NCBI RefSeq assembly: GCF_001194135.2
Contig: NC_068995.1
Span: 50,884,860-50,948,859 of the forward strand
Reading direction: 5' to 3'
Source: Octopus bimaculoides
Taxonomy: Eukaryota
DNA: 64,000 nucleotides
Part shown: positions 22,721-36,660 of the stretch, piece after piece
Position numbering within the stretch: the stretch's first letter is position 1
How the letters are laid out: each line of letters begins with the position of its first letter
Made by a program: the position numbers and the translations under genes
Notes under the pieces: generated by a model
Seen by the model: only the letters and a program-made list of their open reading frames with translations
The model's database searches: none
Told to the model about the DNA's origin: nothing

Positions 22721-24729
22721 AAGATTGATATGAACTGTCTGTAAGCTATAGATTCTGTATAGAGTTACAGTCTAGATGTGGCAGTTTGATCTTTTTTCGA
22801 TTTTGGGAAGATTATTATTATCATTATTATTCTTTGTTTTTGTTTTTTTTTACAATCAGTTTTCTATTTAAATGCTGTTTCCAATATTTTTTCATTAAAT
22901 TGATAAATATCTCAGTGAGAAGAAAATCTTTTTGAACTATTAAATTCTGTTGTCTGGGAGTTATGCACAGGGGAGTTGACTAAATCAACTGCCCCTCTTT
23001 TCTTCCAGATTTCTGGATATTTTATTCATTTATCTGTTCATTTATTTATTTGCTCATAAGAAATCAATACTAACAGTGTATAATTGGTGAGGGGTGAAAA
23101 ACCAGACCAGTTTGCTTTCTGATACATAATTGATATTTCTCGTTAAATATCTAAATGTCTGAAATAAGTTGTTAATAAGATTATAATTTTTCGGACTATT
23201 AACCTCATCTTTATAGCTCTGGGAAAATTTGGTTGATGGAAACTGTGTGGAAGCCCATTGTATATGTATCTTTGGGATAGCTTGTATCTTGTTTTTATCT
23301 ATTTTGGAAAAATGAAAGACAAAGTTGATCCCCCCCCTCCAGATTTGAACTCAGAACATAAAAGGATAAAACAAAATACAACAAGGCATTTAGTCTAGAA
23401 CACTCACTGTGGTTGGTCGGAATTTTAGAAATAGTAGCCAAATCTACTTCAGATCACATCTACACTCTTAAACCAAAAGATTTCATTGGTAAATTTATTC
23501 CTAGATACATAATATCAGGAGAAAAGACAGGATGGTCATGGGTGGATTGCTTTTGATTATAGCTGACCTGGGAATGAACGAGAACAATTACCACCTGGTA
23601 ATGGAAGCTGAGCTTTGTTAGCTTCATTACAGGTAACCTACCTTAGAGAGCAGGTACAAAAATTATTAAAAAGTAAAGTACTTTTAAAAGTTTTTTATTC
23701 GCATGCTTAGGCTTTCAGTGTCTGACAGTTTGTATGGCATGTAAGAATGTGTGTGTGTGTGTGTGTGTGTTTGTGTAGCAAGAAGCATAAAATCTCCAAT
23801 GAAAATTCTTATAGTATATTCATTATTTTCTTTTATTAACGGAGTGATAACAATTTGTGTATGTGTGTGTGGGTATATTACTCAGGGGGACCCACTTACA
23901 TGCACACACATATTCCCTTTCACTTTTTCTTACTCCACCTCTCTCAGATGCACACACATGAATGAGCATGTATAGGTTACCAATAAATAGTTCATATAGA
24001 TACGCGCACACACATATATATATATACAAACACCTTCCTTTTCTCTCCCCCCACCACCTCATCATTCACTTACTTTCCACCCCACCCTCCCTCTTCTCCG
24101 TCGTGTTATTCACTCTTTCATGTATGAATAAGCAGGTCTATTAATACACATGCATACACACATTCTCTCTTATACAATTATTCTCTCTCTCTTATACACT
24201 TATACACACTCATATTCTAACTTATACACTCACGCAATAACTCTCTCTATCCATCTGTCATATATACATACACACATGTTTACATTCACTTACACATTCT
24301 TTCTCTCTCTAATCTTTATAGGCTCAATCCTTAACTGGAAAAGAATACAATGATATTTGAATGTGTGAGTTATGCATTCATAATTTATATGGGTTTCATA
24401 TTGTGTCAGTGACCTGTAATTTATGACTATCATAATAATTAATATCATTTCTAACATTGACTCAAAGCTACAAATACTCTGTGTGTGTGTGTGTTTTAAG
24501 TATAATTAATTAATCACTGACTTTTGGAAGTTGTTTTATAAACAGTGCTTTCTTTCTTTATTCCCCACTGAAAGTTCATGAAAAATATTGGGAACAGTAC
24601 TGGACAATATATTGTGGGGTTACATAAAGAAACATGTAAAATGTAGAAAAATGGTGATAATATAAATTCTAATGATGAACAATTCCTCCAAAGAGGGAAA
24701 CTTTTTAGGACTATTTGTAGAAAATAATG

Positions 24730-24945
24730 GTTTCAAATTTTAGCACAATGCCAGCAATTTTCGGGTGAGGGGATAAGTCAGTTACATTGACTCCAGTGCT
24801 CAACTGGTATATGTTTTATCAATCTCGGAAAGATGAAAGGCTAAGTTGACCTTGGTGGTATTTGAACTCAGAATGTGAAGATGGACAAAATGGCACGAAG
24901 CATTTTGTCCAGTGTGTTAACGATTCTGCCAGCTTGCTGCTTTAT
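24730..24945 (-). mobile_element. SINE-D
   Basis: 'gatgaaaggctaagttgacc...tttgaactcagaatg...gttaacgattctgccagcttgc'. Confidence 0.85.
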
Positions 24946-25059
24946 ATGGCAAATAAATAATAGCAACAGATTAAGTCAACCCTATTGGACCTTGAATGTA
25001 AACCCTCTATAATTTCTTTCACTGGTTTCAACCATTGGACTACAACCACACTGGGGATA

Positions 25060-25202
25060 CTTTTCAATCACATGGTTCAGGGTTCAGTCCCACTGCATGT
25101 CTTCTCGGGCAGGTGCCTTCTGCTGTAGCCTTGGGCCAACCAAAACTTTGTGAGTGGATTTGGTAGACAGAAACTGAAAGGAGCCCATCATGTGTGTGTA
25201 TG

Positions 25203-25298
<96 letters not shown>

Positions 25299-25510
25299 TG
25301 TTTGTTCGTCCGCCACCATGACATGATAACTGCTGTTGGTGTGTTATGTCCCTGTAACTTAGCAGTTCAGCAAAAGAGACTAATACAATAAATACCAGGC
25401 TTAAAGAAAATAAATACTGGTGTTGATTCATTCAATTGAAAATTCTTCAAGGTGTTATCCCAGCATGGCCACAGTCTAATGGCTGAAACAAGTAAAAGAT
25501 AAAAGATATT
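25060..25510 (+). mobile_element. SINE-C, near full length, with long internal (TA)n
   Basis: 5' half, about 90 bp of TG/TA microsatellite, then a 3' half ending 'gaaacaagtaaaagataaaagata'. Confidence 0.9.
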
Positions 25511-25965
25511 TGAAAAAAAAAATTTAATTAGTAATTTGCTGAAATATTTCTTTTAGTTCCGTTACAATGACATCAGAAAATGTATATTTGAATAAATTAT
25601 TTTGTTTTGTTTTGTTTGTTTCCTCTTCAAAATGTTGACATTTTCACACTTCTCTTTCTAAATTAATGACTCATGACATTCCTTCTATTATTGTTGATTG
25701 GATATTTAAAAAAAAAAAGATTTATTTAATTGTATTTTCCTGTCTTTATAAACTCCTCTACCATTTCTACTCTGCAGTCAATTTCTCTCTCTTTTGCCAG
25801 TATTTTTCTTTCCTTCAAAACAATCTTTAATTTTATCAGTAACACTATTTTTTCTGTCCACAATGCTCTCTCTCTAATCTTAATTTATTGAGTTAACAGA
25901 TCTATACGTGATTATCAATTACTAAAAATTGTAAGAACTTCATAGATAATAATAATAATAGTAAT

Positions 25966-26540
25966 GATATGCCCTGACGCAGTACTAGGTAGTGGCTCTC
26001 ATGGCTTTTGATCTTAACTGAATGGAAGTGTTATCATGTACATTGTTTTGTCTTGGTATAAAGATGGGCCACAGCAGATATTCTGCTCAATGCCACAGAT
26101 ATGCTTGTCAGTTGCTTGGCTTCAACCAGTTGAGCATGTCCCTTGGCAGCTGATGATATGTGCATCGCTGATGACAAGCAGAAGTAGTGGGGGAGCATCA
26201 TAGCCATGTGTTGAGAGGGATTCTTTGGGGATTGAATAATTCAGCTTTGGAAACATGGGTGTTTTGATCAACATCCTTAAACAAACTTTATTCAGGGACC
26301 TTTTGAGCGGGATGGGCTACTCGACCTGAAGAAAATTCTAATTGGGCCCTACCTGCAAGGTCATGCGCTGTTTATCTTGATATGAGATTACCATGTCGCG
26401 CACATATGGTTGTGATGCATGTGCCTGGTGTACCCTTATCAAACAGGTAGTCATGATGGATATACTGGGCTTCGTGTATTTTACCCCAGTGTCACTTTGA
26501 TGGTATGCACTGCTCTCTCACTCAATAATGATAATAATGA
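25966..26540 (+). mobile_element. ~560-bp interspersed element flanked by (AAT)n, probable non-LTR retrotransposon 3' region
   Basis: Sharp GC-richer block between (AAT)n runs at 25947-25965 and 26524-26540. No long ORF. Class assignment is an inference. Confidence 0.55.
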
Positions 26541-27689
26541 CAATGGACTCGCCCATTGAAGCCAACATATGAGCATTTACCTGAATCACCTGTACAAATA
26601 ATTTGTTTAAAGTGATCAAGTATATGTGCTGCTCATTAGCTCACTCTCTCCATCAAATTGACATTACCTGAACAGATGCACAGGTGTACCATGCATCAGG
26701 TGTCAAAGTGATCACAGAGCAACATGAGATGAAGTGTTTTGCACAGTTTCCATCTATTAGTCACAAGCTATAAGTCAACCAGAGGTTATTATAGAAGACA
26801 CTTGCCCCAAGATGCCACACCATGCAAATGAACCCCAAACCATTTAGTTGGAAAGCAAACTTCTTAAACATGCAGCCATACTTAAAAGCACGTAAGTAGA
26901 CATAAAAATTAGCATATTTAAATACTAAAAAAAAAAAAAAAATCATTAAGTTTAATTAATCAGCAATGCTGTTTGCATGAAAAACAATTGTCAAATTAGT
27001 GTTAGCATATTTAATGTAGTCACCATCAAAATGCTAATTAAAAATAATTATATTCATTTCCCCAAAATTTTGATTGTATTGAATTTATCTTTTTTTGTCT
27101 GTTGGTTCAGACTTTAAACACCCCAGAGGGAGTATTTCATCTCACATATTGCACATGGCATGGCTTATTATATGTGTATTTGTATGCAGAATACTGCCCT
27201 GCAGTACTTTCTTTCAGCAATATTGTTAATTAAAAGTAATTACTGTATTTACTCAGATATAACGTGAGAAATTTAATATAAAAAATATCAGTCAAATTTA
27301 AGGGAAACCATTATACTAAAAGTAAAATCTAAAAAACCGCTCTAAATCTAAATCTGTGATGATGAAAATACTGAAGGCAGTAGCCCTGGAACATCTAAAT
27401 AACTAATATACACATATTCATACTTCTTTGTCTGTGGTTATGAAACAATGTATGCATTGTGAATACATTTAATGGCAATTGTTAAATTATTTTTTTAGCA
27501 TGTTGGTGATGTGTTCTTAGACACTGTTTTGTTTAGAAGTGATTATGCAAATTAAATGATTACAATTTAAAATGTGAAAAATATGTTATTAATATATGCA
27601 AGTAGTGTTGAAAAAAATTCTTTAGTATGCATCCTTGTAACAGAAGTCTGGATGCAAAAAAAAATAATAAATAAATACATATTGCTTAC

Positions 27690-27860
27690 AGTGAAAAGCT
27701 TAAATTTAGTCAAAGAACTTGCTGAAAAGAATAATAATTGTACAGTGTGTAGGAAATTTGGTGTGATTGAGAGCATCGTTAGTCTGTGAAGAAAGAACAA
27801 AGTACATGCCAAGCAGCAAACGGTCTCTGAAAAGAAAGCAGCCTCGCAGTAGTTAAAGCA
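27690..27860 (+). mobile_element. pogo/Tigger-like transposase N-terminal HTH relic
   Basis: SLNLVKELAEKNNNCTVCRKFGVIESIVSL*RKNK resembles the 'xAEKxxNxAAxRKFGVxExxVRxWRKxK' DNA-binding HTH of pogo-family transposases. Confidence 0.5.
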
Positions 27861-28419
27861 GTAGAGTACAGGTTCCATTTCTCTATATTCTGATATTAAA
27901 CCCCTCCTGGTAGCAGTTTTGTATTTTTTTTTTTTTATATTACAAAGCCCTTGAAGGAACGATAGTGTCTATGGCATTTCACAGGATCTCCAAGATTGGG
28001 TGGAAGGAAGAGAGTTTAGCCATAGACTAGAGACCTGGCTCAAATCTTTGCAACAGACTGCTAAAGGCACCAACTAAATATACCAAGGATGGTGTTAAAC
28101 TGGTTCATATTGAAACTGTGCACCAATGGGCTTCCATACAGTTTACATCTGTTGAATATCAGTCACCCTGAGGCTATAATCACTGTTTTATGTTTGCTCG
28201 TTCTATGCTGATAAAGATTGGATGAGACTTTTTGAGGCAGTAATCTATGGTCAGATGCCTTTCTTGTCATTTACCTTTGCTTGTATTTGAGTGAAATTTT
28301 TTTATTTCACTGGTTTTTGCATGATGAACCACTGAGCTGTAAGGTATATTGTTTATACATGATAATAAAAAAGGATCACCATTGCCCAAGTAAAGACAGA
28401 CACATGCAAACATTACCAT

Positions 28420-28655
28420 CTTCTACACAGTTTTCATTTACTGGTACCACACAAAAGTAAAAAGTATTGGTGCTGATGTCATGTAAAAAGCATCCACTAC
28501 ACTCTGTAAAGTGGTTGACTTTAGGAAGGGTACCCAGCTGTGGAAACCAAGCCAAAACGGACAATGGAGCTTGCTGCGGCTCCTAGCCTTGCCGGCTCCT
28601 GTTAAACCATCCAACCCATGCCAGCATGGAAAACAGATGTTAAATGATGATGATG
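28420..28655 (+). mobile_element. RTE 3' tail
   Basis: 'aaaagcatccactacactctgtaaagtggttgactttaggaagggtacccagctg...ccaacccatgccagcatggaaaacagatgttaaatgatgatgatg'. Confidence 0.85.
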
Positions 28656-28995
28656 AAATTTCACTTATAAGGTATTTTAGTTCTTCTGAAAGCTATGGTA
28701 TATAGTACAAGACAACTTACCACAAAATGGTTCATGACAACAAGCCATATGGTTGTGAAATAATAATAATAATAATAATAATCACACACATGCACATGTA
28801 TGTATTTATTTTAATTCTTATTATAAACTAATTGATAATATTTAGCAAGTGGAACTGTCTTCACCATTAGGTGGAGCTGTATTGATGCTGACGTTACTAT
28901 TGAACTGATCTTGTTTCATCAGAGGTCTTATCTTTCATTAGTGGATTTCATTTATTTATTGCCCAACAGACTGTTAAAAGACATTGCAATTAATA

Positions 28996-29018
28996 CACTA
29001 ATTAGTCTCTAATTAGTG
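28996..29018. promoter_or_regulatory. Perfect dyad with two TAATTA homeodomain-type sites
   Basis: CACTAATTAG-TCT-CTAATTAGTG. Confidence 0.35.
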
Positions 29019-31829
29019 AACAATGGATACCATAATTATCTGAATAATCCTTTTCTTTTTTTAAGAGTATTTATAAATTTACATCAGATACGGATGTGTT
29101 TATTAGTTCATTAGAAAACTTAAACCCTAATTGCCCCAACTAAATGTGAAAATAAATACTTACCGGATATGGGGTTCTCAGCAGCAACTGTTGAGCTGTC
29201 AGCCCTGATCAGGCACATCTGTAATCAAAAGTTATTGCAACTATAATCATCCCCCCATCTTTTTAATTTTTGTTTTTTAGACACTGTGTTCAGTATTAGG
29301 TTATCAAATGTATCTTAAGATGGCTGGCAGGATATAGTTTGAGGGAGATATAGTTGCTATTTTTAACAAGCCTTGTGACACAATGACTAGCCCTGTATTG
29401 GCTTATTTCCAACTGTTATGTCATAATCATCATCTTTACTTAATGTTTACTTTCCCTGCTTGCATGTACAGGTTGTTGTGGACTGAATCAGGGTATCATG
29501 TATAAATGAGATAGATTGGGCAGCACATCTCTCTTGTATATTCCATTCTTGGCATTTTTTCTGTAGATAACCACCTTACAGTGTGTGAAGAGAGTGCTTT
29601 TTACTATGGCACCAACACTACAGAGGTTGTTATGTTCTCTGTAAGACTAAACAGTTCTCTCTACCCTATGTTGTCTCCATTCATTTGTCTACCAGTACCA
29701 GAGGGTTGTCTTGTTCATCTGCAGATAGAAGAGTGACAAAAAAGAGAACCAGTAAGAGAATGATGTTGGAGAAAGTAATGGAAAAGAACCAGAGTAATAG
29801 GAATGAGAGGGTGACAGAGCAGAGAGTAAAGGAAGAGTGGAACAAAGAGTGATAGACAGCTATACAGTGATTGTTGATAAGGCTGTTGGATAAAAACAAC
29901 ATGAGTTGAGGGGTGTGTGCTGAAAGTGGGAGTAATGTATATATATGAAAGAGAGAGAGAGAGAGCATGGGAAAGAGAAAGGGATGGATGTCAACAATGA
30001 GTGATATGAGAGGGACTGATGAGAGAGCGGAATAGAAAAAGAAAATGGTGTTTAGCAATAAAGGAAGTCTGAATGTAATAGGGAAAAACATGTAGCTAGT
30101 TCTAACATGATGCCATCTTTCAGTACATGGCCTGTATGATGGTCAAGAGGTGGATGATAGGAATAGTGTTTGTGAGGCAAATATCATTAATTACTAATTA
30201 GAATAAAATTCACAAATCTGTATACACACACACACACATGAACCACAGAAATTCATAAAAATTCTGACATTTGGGTTAAATGAAAATATAAAAATCTCTT
30301 GATTTTAAACTAGAATATGGTAGATGTTAAAAAATCTCTTGATCACAAACAATATGGATACAATTTCAAGATTTCGATTTAACTAATATTTGGTTATTTC
30401 AAAATAAATATTAGGCCAGATTATCAGTCTGTAATTTAGACATTAGCAGTATTTTGCTGAAAAATAAAATGTGTAGAAAATAGCTTGCTTTTATTCCTCT
30501 CAATCTTGCCGATAATATTTTATCAATTCAAATTAGAACCTTACCAGGAAAAAAGTAAATTGAAGAAAAATAAAGAATTACACTGCTTGTGTCTTGGAGA
30601 CTGGAGTGTGCATTAATTATAGCGGCTGGCAACTTTTTTCAATTTTGTTCCTTTTTTTTCATGTGTCTTCTTGGCTGATGAAAAGTCACGCACACTTTAC
30701 AATAGAGCTATGATAATCTTTTGTTTTATGCTAGTATTTTTACATTTTTTTGAAGTCTTGTTTTGCCTCTACCTTCGTCTGATTTTATTTTATTTTTTGT
30801 ATTTTACTTCATTCTTTAATTTTTGACACAAATCATTTCAACTTCTTTTTTTCTTTCATGCAGTGAAAATTATTATTATTGTTTTTTCTAAGAATATTTC
30901 ATTTTCTTCAAATCTCTAAGCATTTACTCTACCTATGATTTAAAGTACATCAGTGTTTTTTTTTTCTTTTCTTTTCTTTTTTATTTTAAAAGCTATGGAA
31001 TGACACATCATCTTTAGCTCTAAGGACCAATATTCTTTTGGTTTTATTAGATTGACACAATTTAAATGTCACCTCTCAATATTTCATCCTTACACGAGCC
31101 AATGAGAGAGGTTTTCACAATCAGCCGTCAACTTGCTAGATATAGCAGATCTCTTCTCTCAAATCACATCCTCTTAAAAAGAAAAAAAAAAGGCATTGAA
31201 TTATGTAGGTTTTGTAGATACACCAATATATTATCATATATATACACACACACACACACACTATACTAGTTTTGATCATATGCTATCAGAATCATCATGG
31301 CTGTAGATCATCATTGACTATAGATCTTCTCAGTCAGAGCTGAACTTGGCCTAAAAATTGACAAATAGGTTTTTACAGAAACAGAAAAACTAAAGGTTGC
31401 TTACAAAAATCCACTTTTTTCTGCTTCTTGACAAATTACTAAAGACTACAAATTTTATGAACTTTGTAATAAGTTACTTCAAGCAATTTCTGATTGTTTC
31501 CATATATATTATCAATTTATTACACTTTTTCTGAATATATATGCATTGACAAGCATTGTGCTTTCATTGTTTCATATATTGAATGAACAGACCTATCAGC
31601 ATACATGCACACATACATTTCTCTGTGTATACTTAAGCTTATATATAAACATATGGACAGGTGCACATATACAGATATGCACATATACATATACGTGCCT
31701 ATGTGCATACATACAATAACTTGATTTTAGGCAACTATGAACAAACCAACAATGAAAAACAAACACCAAACAGGGGAAAAAACTTACTCCCAGATAAACG
31801 TGTACACATTTGTCTTGAGTATATCAAAG

Positions 31830-32430
31830 AAATAGATCTTTTGTCAAAACTGACCTCATCCCCAATGATGGCTCCAATGTAATCAGGAAAGTGATTGCAT
31901 GTCAGAATCAGGTGGGTTCCTACCAATGCTACCCTCTACACTCATGACAGCAGCTCAGTGAGTTTTTGGCACTGTGAGGCTGCTGGCTGGTTTCCCTGCT
32001 CCAGGGATGCTCCAGATGCAGCAGTTCAAAAGAATATTAGACAGTCACATGATACTGAACTGGGTGTCTCGTGATGACATGGTTACCCCAGGTCTTGTTA
32101 GATATGAACTGCCATCTTCTCATCATGTAAGGCTTGTAATTTCATGTCCATGTGTACTAGATGCCTGACAGGGGAGTCTGCAAACTTGAGCTGCTCAGCA
32201 ATGTCCCTCATTGATCTGCTGGAATTGTTGGTGACGCCCCAGATCTCCTGAACAAGCTCATCCATCCTAGCGATGTCTGACTGGAAATATTTGTTTCTTT
32301 CTTGTTACTGATGACACATCTTCCTCGGAGGCTTCCAGCTGTTTCCTGACCTTGAACACAAAGGACCCAGCTTTCTTGAAGAAGCTGATAATTTCTAAGT
32401 TTGCTATTGTTGGCAGCCAGAGTTACAAGC
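31830..32430 (-). mobile_element. Decayed, internally deleted Tc1/mariner transposase
   Basis: Minus frames give LEIISFFKKAGSFVFKVRKQLEASEEDVSSVTRKK, SRSMRDIAEQLKFADSPVRHLVHMD and YMMRRWQFISNKT (N-terminal HTH), plus HFPDYIGAIIGDEVSFDK resembling the 'RFRSRIEAVIEAEGGFIE*' C-terminus. Multiple frameshifts. Confidence 0.75.
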
Positions 32431-32679
32431 ATGACACGCCTTTTTTTTTTTTAAATTTCCTTTGTTANNNNNNNNNNCCTTTTTTTTTTTTAAATTTCCT
32501 TTGTTAGACTGGAGTTTGCTGTGTTGGTTCTGTCGATACATCTGGAACAGAATAAAGTTGAAATTTGGGTGTCTGCTCTGTAACATTACATTGTCTTCCA
32601 TTCATAGACCTTTTAAAGTTGTGTTCACATCCTGTATACATACACATAAATTTCTTTCTTACTGTTTCTCTCACACATG

Positions 32680-32710
<31 letters not shown>

Positions 32711-33164
32711 GTGCACACACACACACACACACTTCTCTCTCTCTCTCCTTGTTTGAAAGGGTTATAAGCAACAAACAATTTTAACGAAGGAAACATTAAT
32801 GGAATTAAAAAAAGAAAAAGATTAAGTTGATGAATTTAGCTTTTACACTAAGCATTTACTGAACTGTGTAGTTTTTTGATGATTATCTTCTATCTTTGAT
32901 AATCTTAATTTAATGTATCATGCACAGTGTGTGTGTGTGTGTGTGCTTAACTTGTATAGCATTGGCTTAATTAACCATCGTATTTGATTTGTTTAATTAG
33001 ATTTGGTGATTATTTGAGCCTCTTAACTAAACGAACTCTGTGTATCTGTGTGTTTTTTTTTTTTGTATATCTGTGTGGTTTTGTGTGTGTGTGTGTAGTA
33101 TTTTTCAACAGGTTCTTTACTATGGTCTCTTATTTCACCTGCTTTACTAAAATGGTGTACAGCC

Positions 33165-33340
33165 TAGTGGTTTAAGGTATCAGGCTTAGAATTATAAAGT
33201 TACTTGTTCAGTTCTTGGAGCAGGTGATGTGTTGTGTCCTTGAGCAAGACACTTAATTTCTCGTTGCTCCAATTCACTCAGCTGAAAATGAGTACCAGCC
33301 AAGTGCTGATGCATCCCTCTGTCCCTTCCACTGTCACATT
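33165..33340 (+). mobile_element. SINE-B
   Basis: 'ctagtggtttaagg...gttgtgtccttgagcaagacacttaatttctcgttgctccaattcactcagctg'. Confidence 0.8.
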
Positions 33341-34489
33341 CTGGATGTTCTACTAGGTCAAAGGTGGGAGGGTTAAGGAAGGTCTCTGTGCCAATAAGGG
33401 TGACCAGATGTAGTTACCTTTGCTTGATACATTAAATCTCCCTCAAATCCAATCTTACCATCTTTAAAAAGAAAAAGAGATGTTTAAGTGTAGTCCTAGA
33501 TGCACTATGCCTTAAAAAACAGACAGGGTGGTTTTAGTTAGAATGTCTCTGATCACAAGCCTGCTGCATCAGACCTGGCCTGAAGTTAAGAACAACAAGT
33601 TTTAGGTTGTCTGTAACTTGCAGCCTTAAATCATTGACCAAAAAAGTTTCTACACTTGACCTAATTGGTTCTAGTTTAGAAGAAAGGACAGCAGTGAAAG
33701 GAAATTCTTGTGTAGACTTGGTTTCAGGCAGATATTTAAGACAAAAGTAAATAATTTACTCAAACTTGTCATGTCAAAAATGCCACAGAAAATTTATTTT
33801 GACACCTCAGTTATAAATTACGAAGTTAACTGTGTGTAAAGGAGTAGGTTTTTATTGGGGGTGTATTTGTAGTTTTGTGCGTGTTTGTGGCAGCTTGCGG
33901 TGTTGATAGAGGTGCTAAGCTTAGTTAAATAAGTTTACTTAAATACGGTAACAAAGTTACAGTTGGGTTGCTTCGAATGTGAGTCGGGTTCAAAGGATTT
34001 GTTAATCTCTGTAAATTTTAAAATCAACTCCTTTTTTACCTTCTAAATGTCACACATTTAGAGAACATGATTAGTGACAGAATTCTAGCATTCCAGTCAG
34101 TGATTTACTGCATTTATGATAACAAGAATGATGAAGGAGTGTCTGTGAAACTCGGATGGAATAAATATTACAAAAGTATTTTTGTTTTGAAATTCTGGAT
34201 TTTATTTATTTATTTATGTATTGTTACCGATAGTTACATCATCATTTTTTCCTGTTTTCATGGGTTGTATAGGTTTTCACCAAGACAAACCCTTGCCACT
34301 TATGGCCATTAGTCATTGCCTAATCAGCGTTTTGAGGTTTTTCTCTACTTTTGCCCATGTCTTCCTCATAGTCTCTGCCACATGTTCATTCTACTTGGAT
34401 CTCCTGACACTGTTTTACTAAACTATCATCCGCAATACCATTATACACCTATCACCTGATTCCTCTGATAGCTATTTTTTCTCTCAACT

Positions 34490-34790
34490 CTTTTGTGCTC
34501 TGAAAAGATGAAAGGCAAAGTCGGCCTTAGCAATATTTGAACTCAGAATGTAGCCACAGAAGAAATACTGCTAAGCATTTTGCCCAGCATGCTAACAGTT
34601 CTGCCAGCTCACTGCCTTAATAATAATAATAATAATAATGATAATAATTCTTTCTGTTATAGGCACAATTCCTGAAATTTGTGTGGTGGGGGCCAGTCAA
34701 TTGTATTGACCCCGGAACTTGACTGCTATTTATTTAATTAACCCTAAAAGATGAAAGGCAAATTTGAACTCAGAATGTAAATAACTAAAT
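34490..34790 (-). mobile_element. Two head-to-tail SINE-D copies joined by (TAA)n
   Basis: 'gatgaaaggcaaa...tttgaactcagaatg' occurs twice; spacer (TAA)n at 34617-34648. Confidence 0.8.
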
Positions 34791-35589
34791 CTCCCAGTTA
34801 TCTTAATGATGCTTATTTTAACAGGTGCTGTAGAGATGAAAGAAAATGTTGGCCCTCATGAAATTTGAACTGAGAATAAATATTTTTAAAATGTTTAAAT
34901 NNNNNNNNNNNNNNNNNNNNNNNNNNNNNNNNNNNNNNNNNNNNNNNNNNNNNNNNNNNNNNNNNNNNNNNNNNNNNNNNNNNNNNNNNNNNNNNNNNNN
35001 NNNNNNNNNNNNNNNNNNNNNNNNNNNNNNNNNNNNNNNNNNNNNNNNNNNNNNNNATTGAAGAGAAAAAGAAGTAAAATGTGTGGTGGTGGTGGTGGTG
35101 GTGGTGGGGGTACATATAAAGCATCTAATCTGGATTTGTTATCTGTGCCAGAACCATTACATTTCATACAAAATAAACAGTGACATTACTAAATGTTTTC
35201 ATACAAGTTCAAATGAAATGAAATGCTAGTTGAAACCAGATTCTATTAAAATTCTTTCTAAATTGATGACATGCAGACATTTTTATTTGTGTGTGTATAA
35301 GAGAGAGAGAAAAAAGATTATAAAAGGAATTTTTAAATATTTTTCAACTATTCTCCCTTAGTTTTATTTTGTTTTGTAGTGTTTTTTTTTCCACATGCTA
35401 TTTTGGGTTAAAAGATTGTTCGAATTTTCAATATTTGTATAAACTACTGAAATAACAGTTTTTTGGGGGCTAAAAACTCTTAATTAGACTTGAAGAATAA
35501 TTGTGTTCTGTCTATATGCATACTTTATAATTGTTAATCATATGATAGAAAGCATGAATTGTGAAGTAGTTAGTGTGAATGATGTTGTG

Positions 35590-35835
35590 ATGTTCATGCT
35601 ACCATCACAGCAAGAGTTGTTAGGGTGCTGAATGAAATGTCTTGCAGTAATTTATTGCACCCCTATGCATTCCAAGGTCAAATTCTTGCAGAGTCAGTTT
35701 TGCCTTTGATCTTTCTGGGGTCAGTAAATAAGTAGGAGACTAGGATAACAGACTGGCAGAATTTTCAGAGCACTGAATGGTATGCCTGATGGTATTTCGT
35801 TTGGTTCTTTGAGTTCTGAGTTCAAATTCTGCCAT
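35590..35835 (+). mobile_element. Two adjacent SINE-D 5' portions
   Basis: 'gttgttagggtgctgaatgaaatg...ttttgcctttgatc' then 'actggcagaattttcagagc...ttctgagttcaaattctgcc'. Confidence 0.65.
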
Positions 35836-36487
35836 GGCCTGCTTGAGTGGTAAACTTAATCTGTGACCTAGTTGAGCAACATCACATGGTCCTAAAGTGT
35901 TTTTAACAGAGGTCACTCTGATGCATTTGGATTAGATTTCTGATTTGAGGGTAACTGACTCACTCCTTCCCACCGATCATGGAGGTTCAGAAAAGGATTA
36001 CAAGCAGTATCCATCCATCAAAGTAACTATGCCACTTTGCCCACAATGACCAATATAATGCCAATATTAAGGTTTCTGTTGGTGATGTTTGGAGTAGTAG
36101 TTCATTATGTAATCAGTTACCCATTATAACTTACAACAACTGAAAATGGCTACAATTGGTAATCAAAACTTGTCCTGGAGCAGATTTGCTGGGGGCATAC
36201 ATCTCCTTATATAACACACACCACTAGAATTAATCGATTTTAGATGAATTTTGAATAACTTTGTTGGTCAGTCTAACACAGTATCTTCCATTTACTCATA
36301 AACAGCAATACATTAACAACAGTGTATGAGAGAGGCATTAGATAGTTGCAGTCTTTTGTTATAAGCATAAAGAAAGAGAGGAATTATCCAAATTTGAATA
36401 TTGGGAAACCTGCATTCAGACATGAGAAGCATAATATTAATATATATGAAGTTTGCTATGTATGTAAGTAAATGAATGTGTGAGTAA

Positions 36488-36488
<1 letters not shown>

Positions 36489-36562
<74 letters not shown>

Positions 36563-36660
36563 GTGTATCTACATGTATGTATATATGTATTTATATATAT
36601 GTGTGTATATATATATATATGTGTGTGTGTGTTTGTGTGTGTGTATATATATATATATGA
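36489..36660. repeat. Compound (ATCT)n/(TA)n/(TG)n microsatellite
   Basis: About 18 ATCT units followed by TA/TG runs. Confidence 0.95.

Noticed and set aside
29681-30091. 136-aa hydrophobic minus-strand ORF
   Set aside because: Reverse of a GA-rich low-complexity tract; compositional artefact.
32438-32507. Direct repeat ccttttttttttttaaatttcct(t)ttgtta around a 10-N gap
   Set aside because: Typical unmerged contig overlap (assembly artefact).
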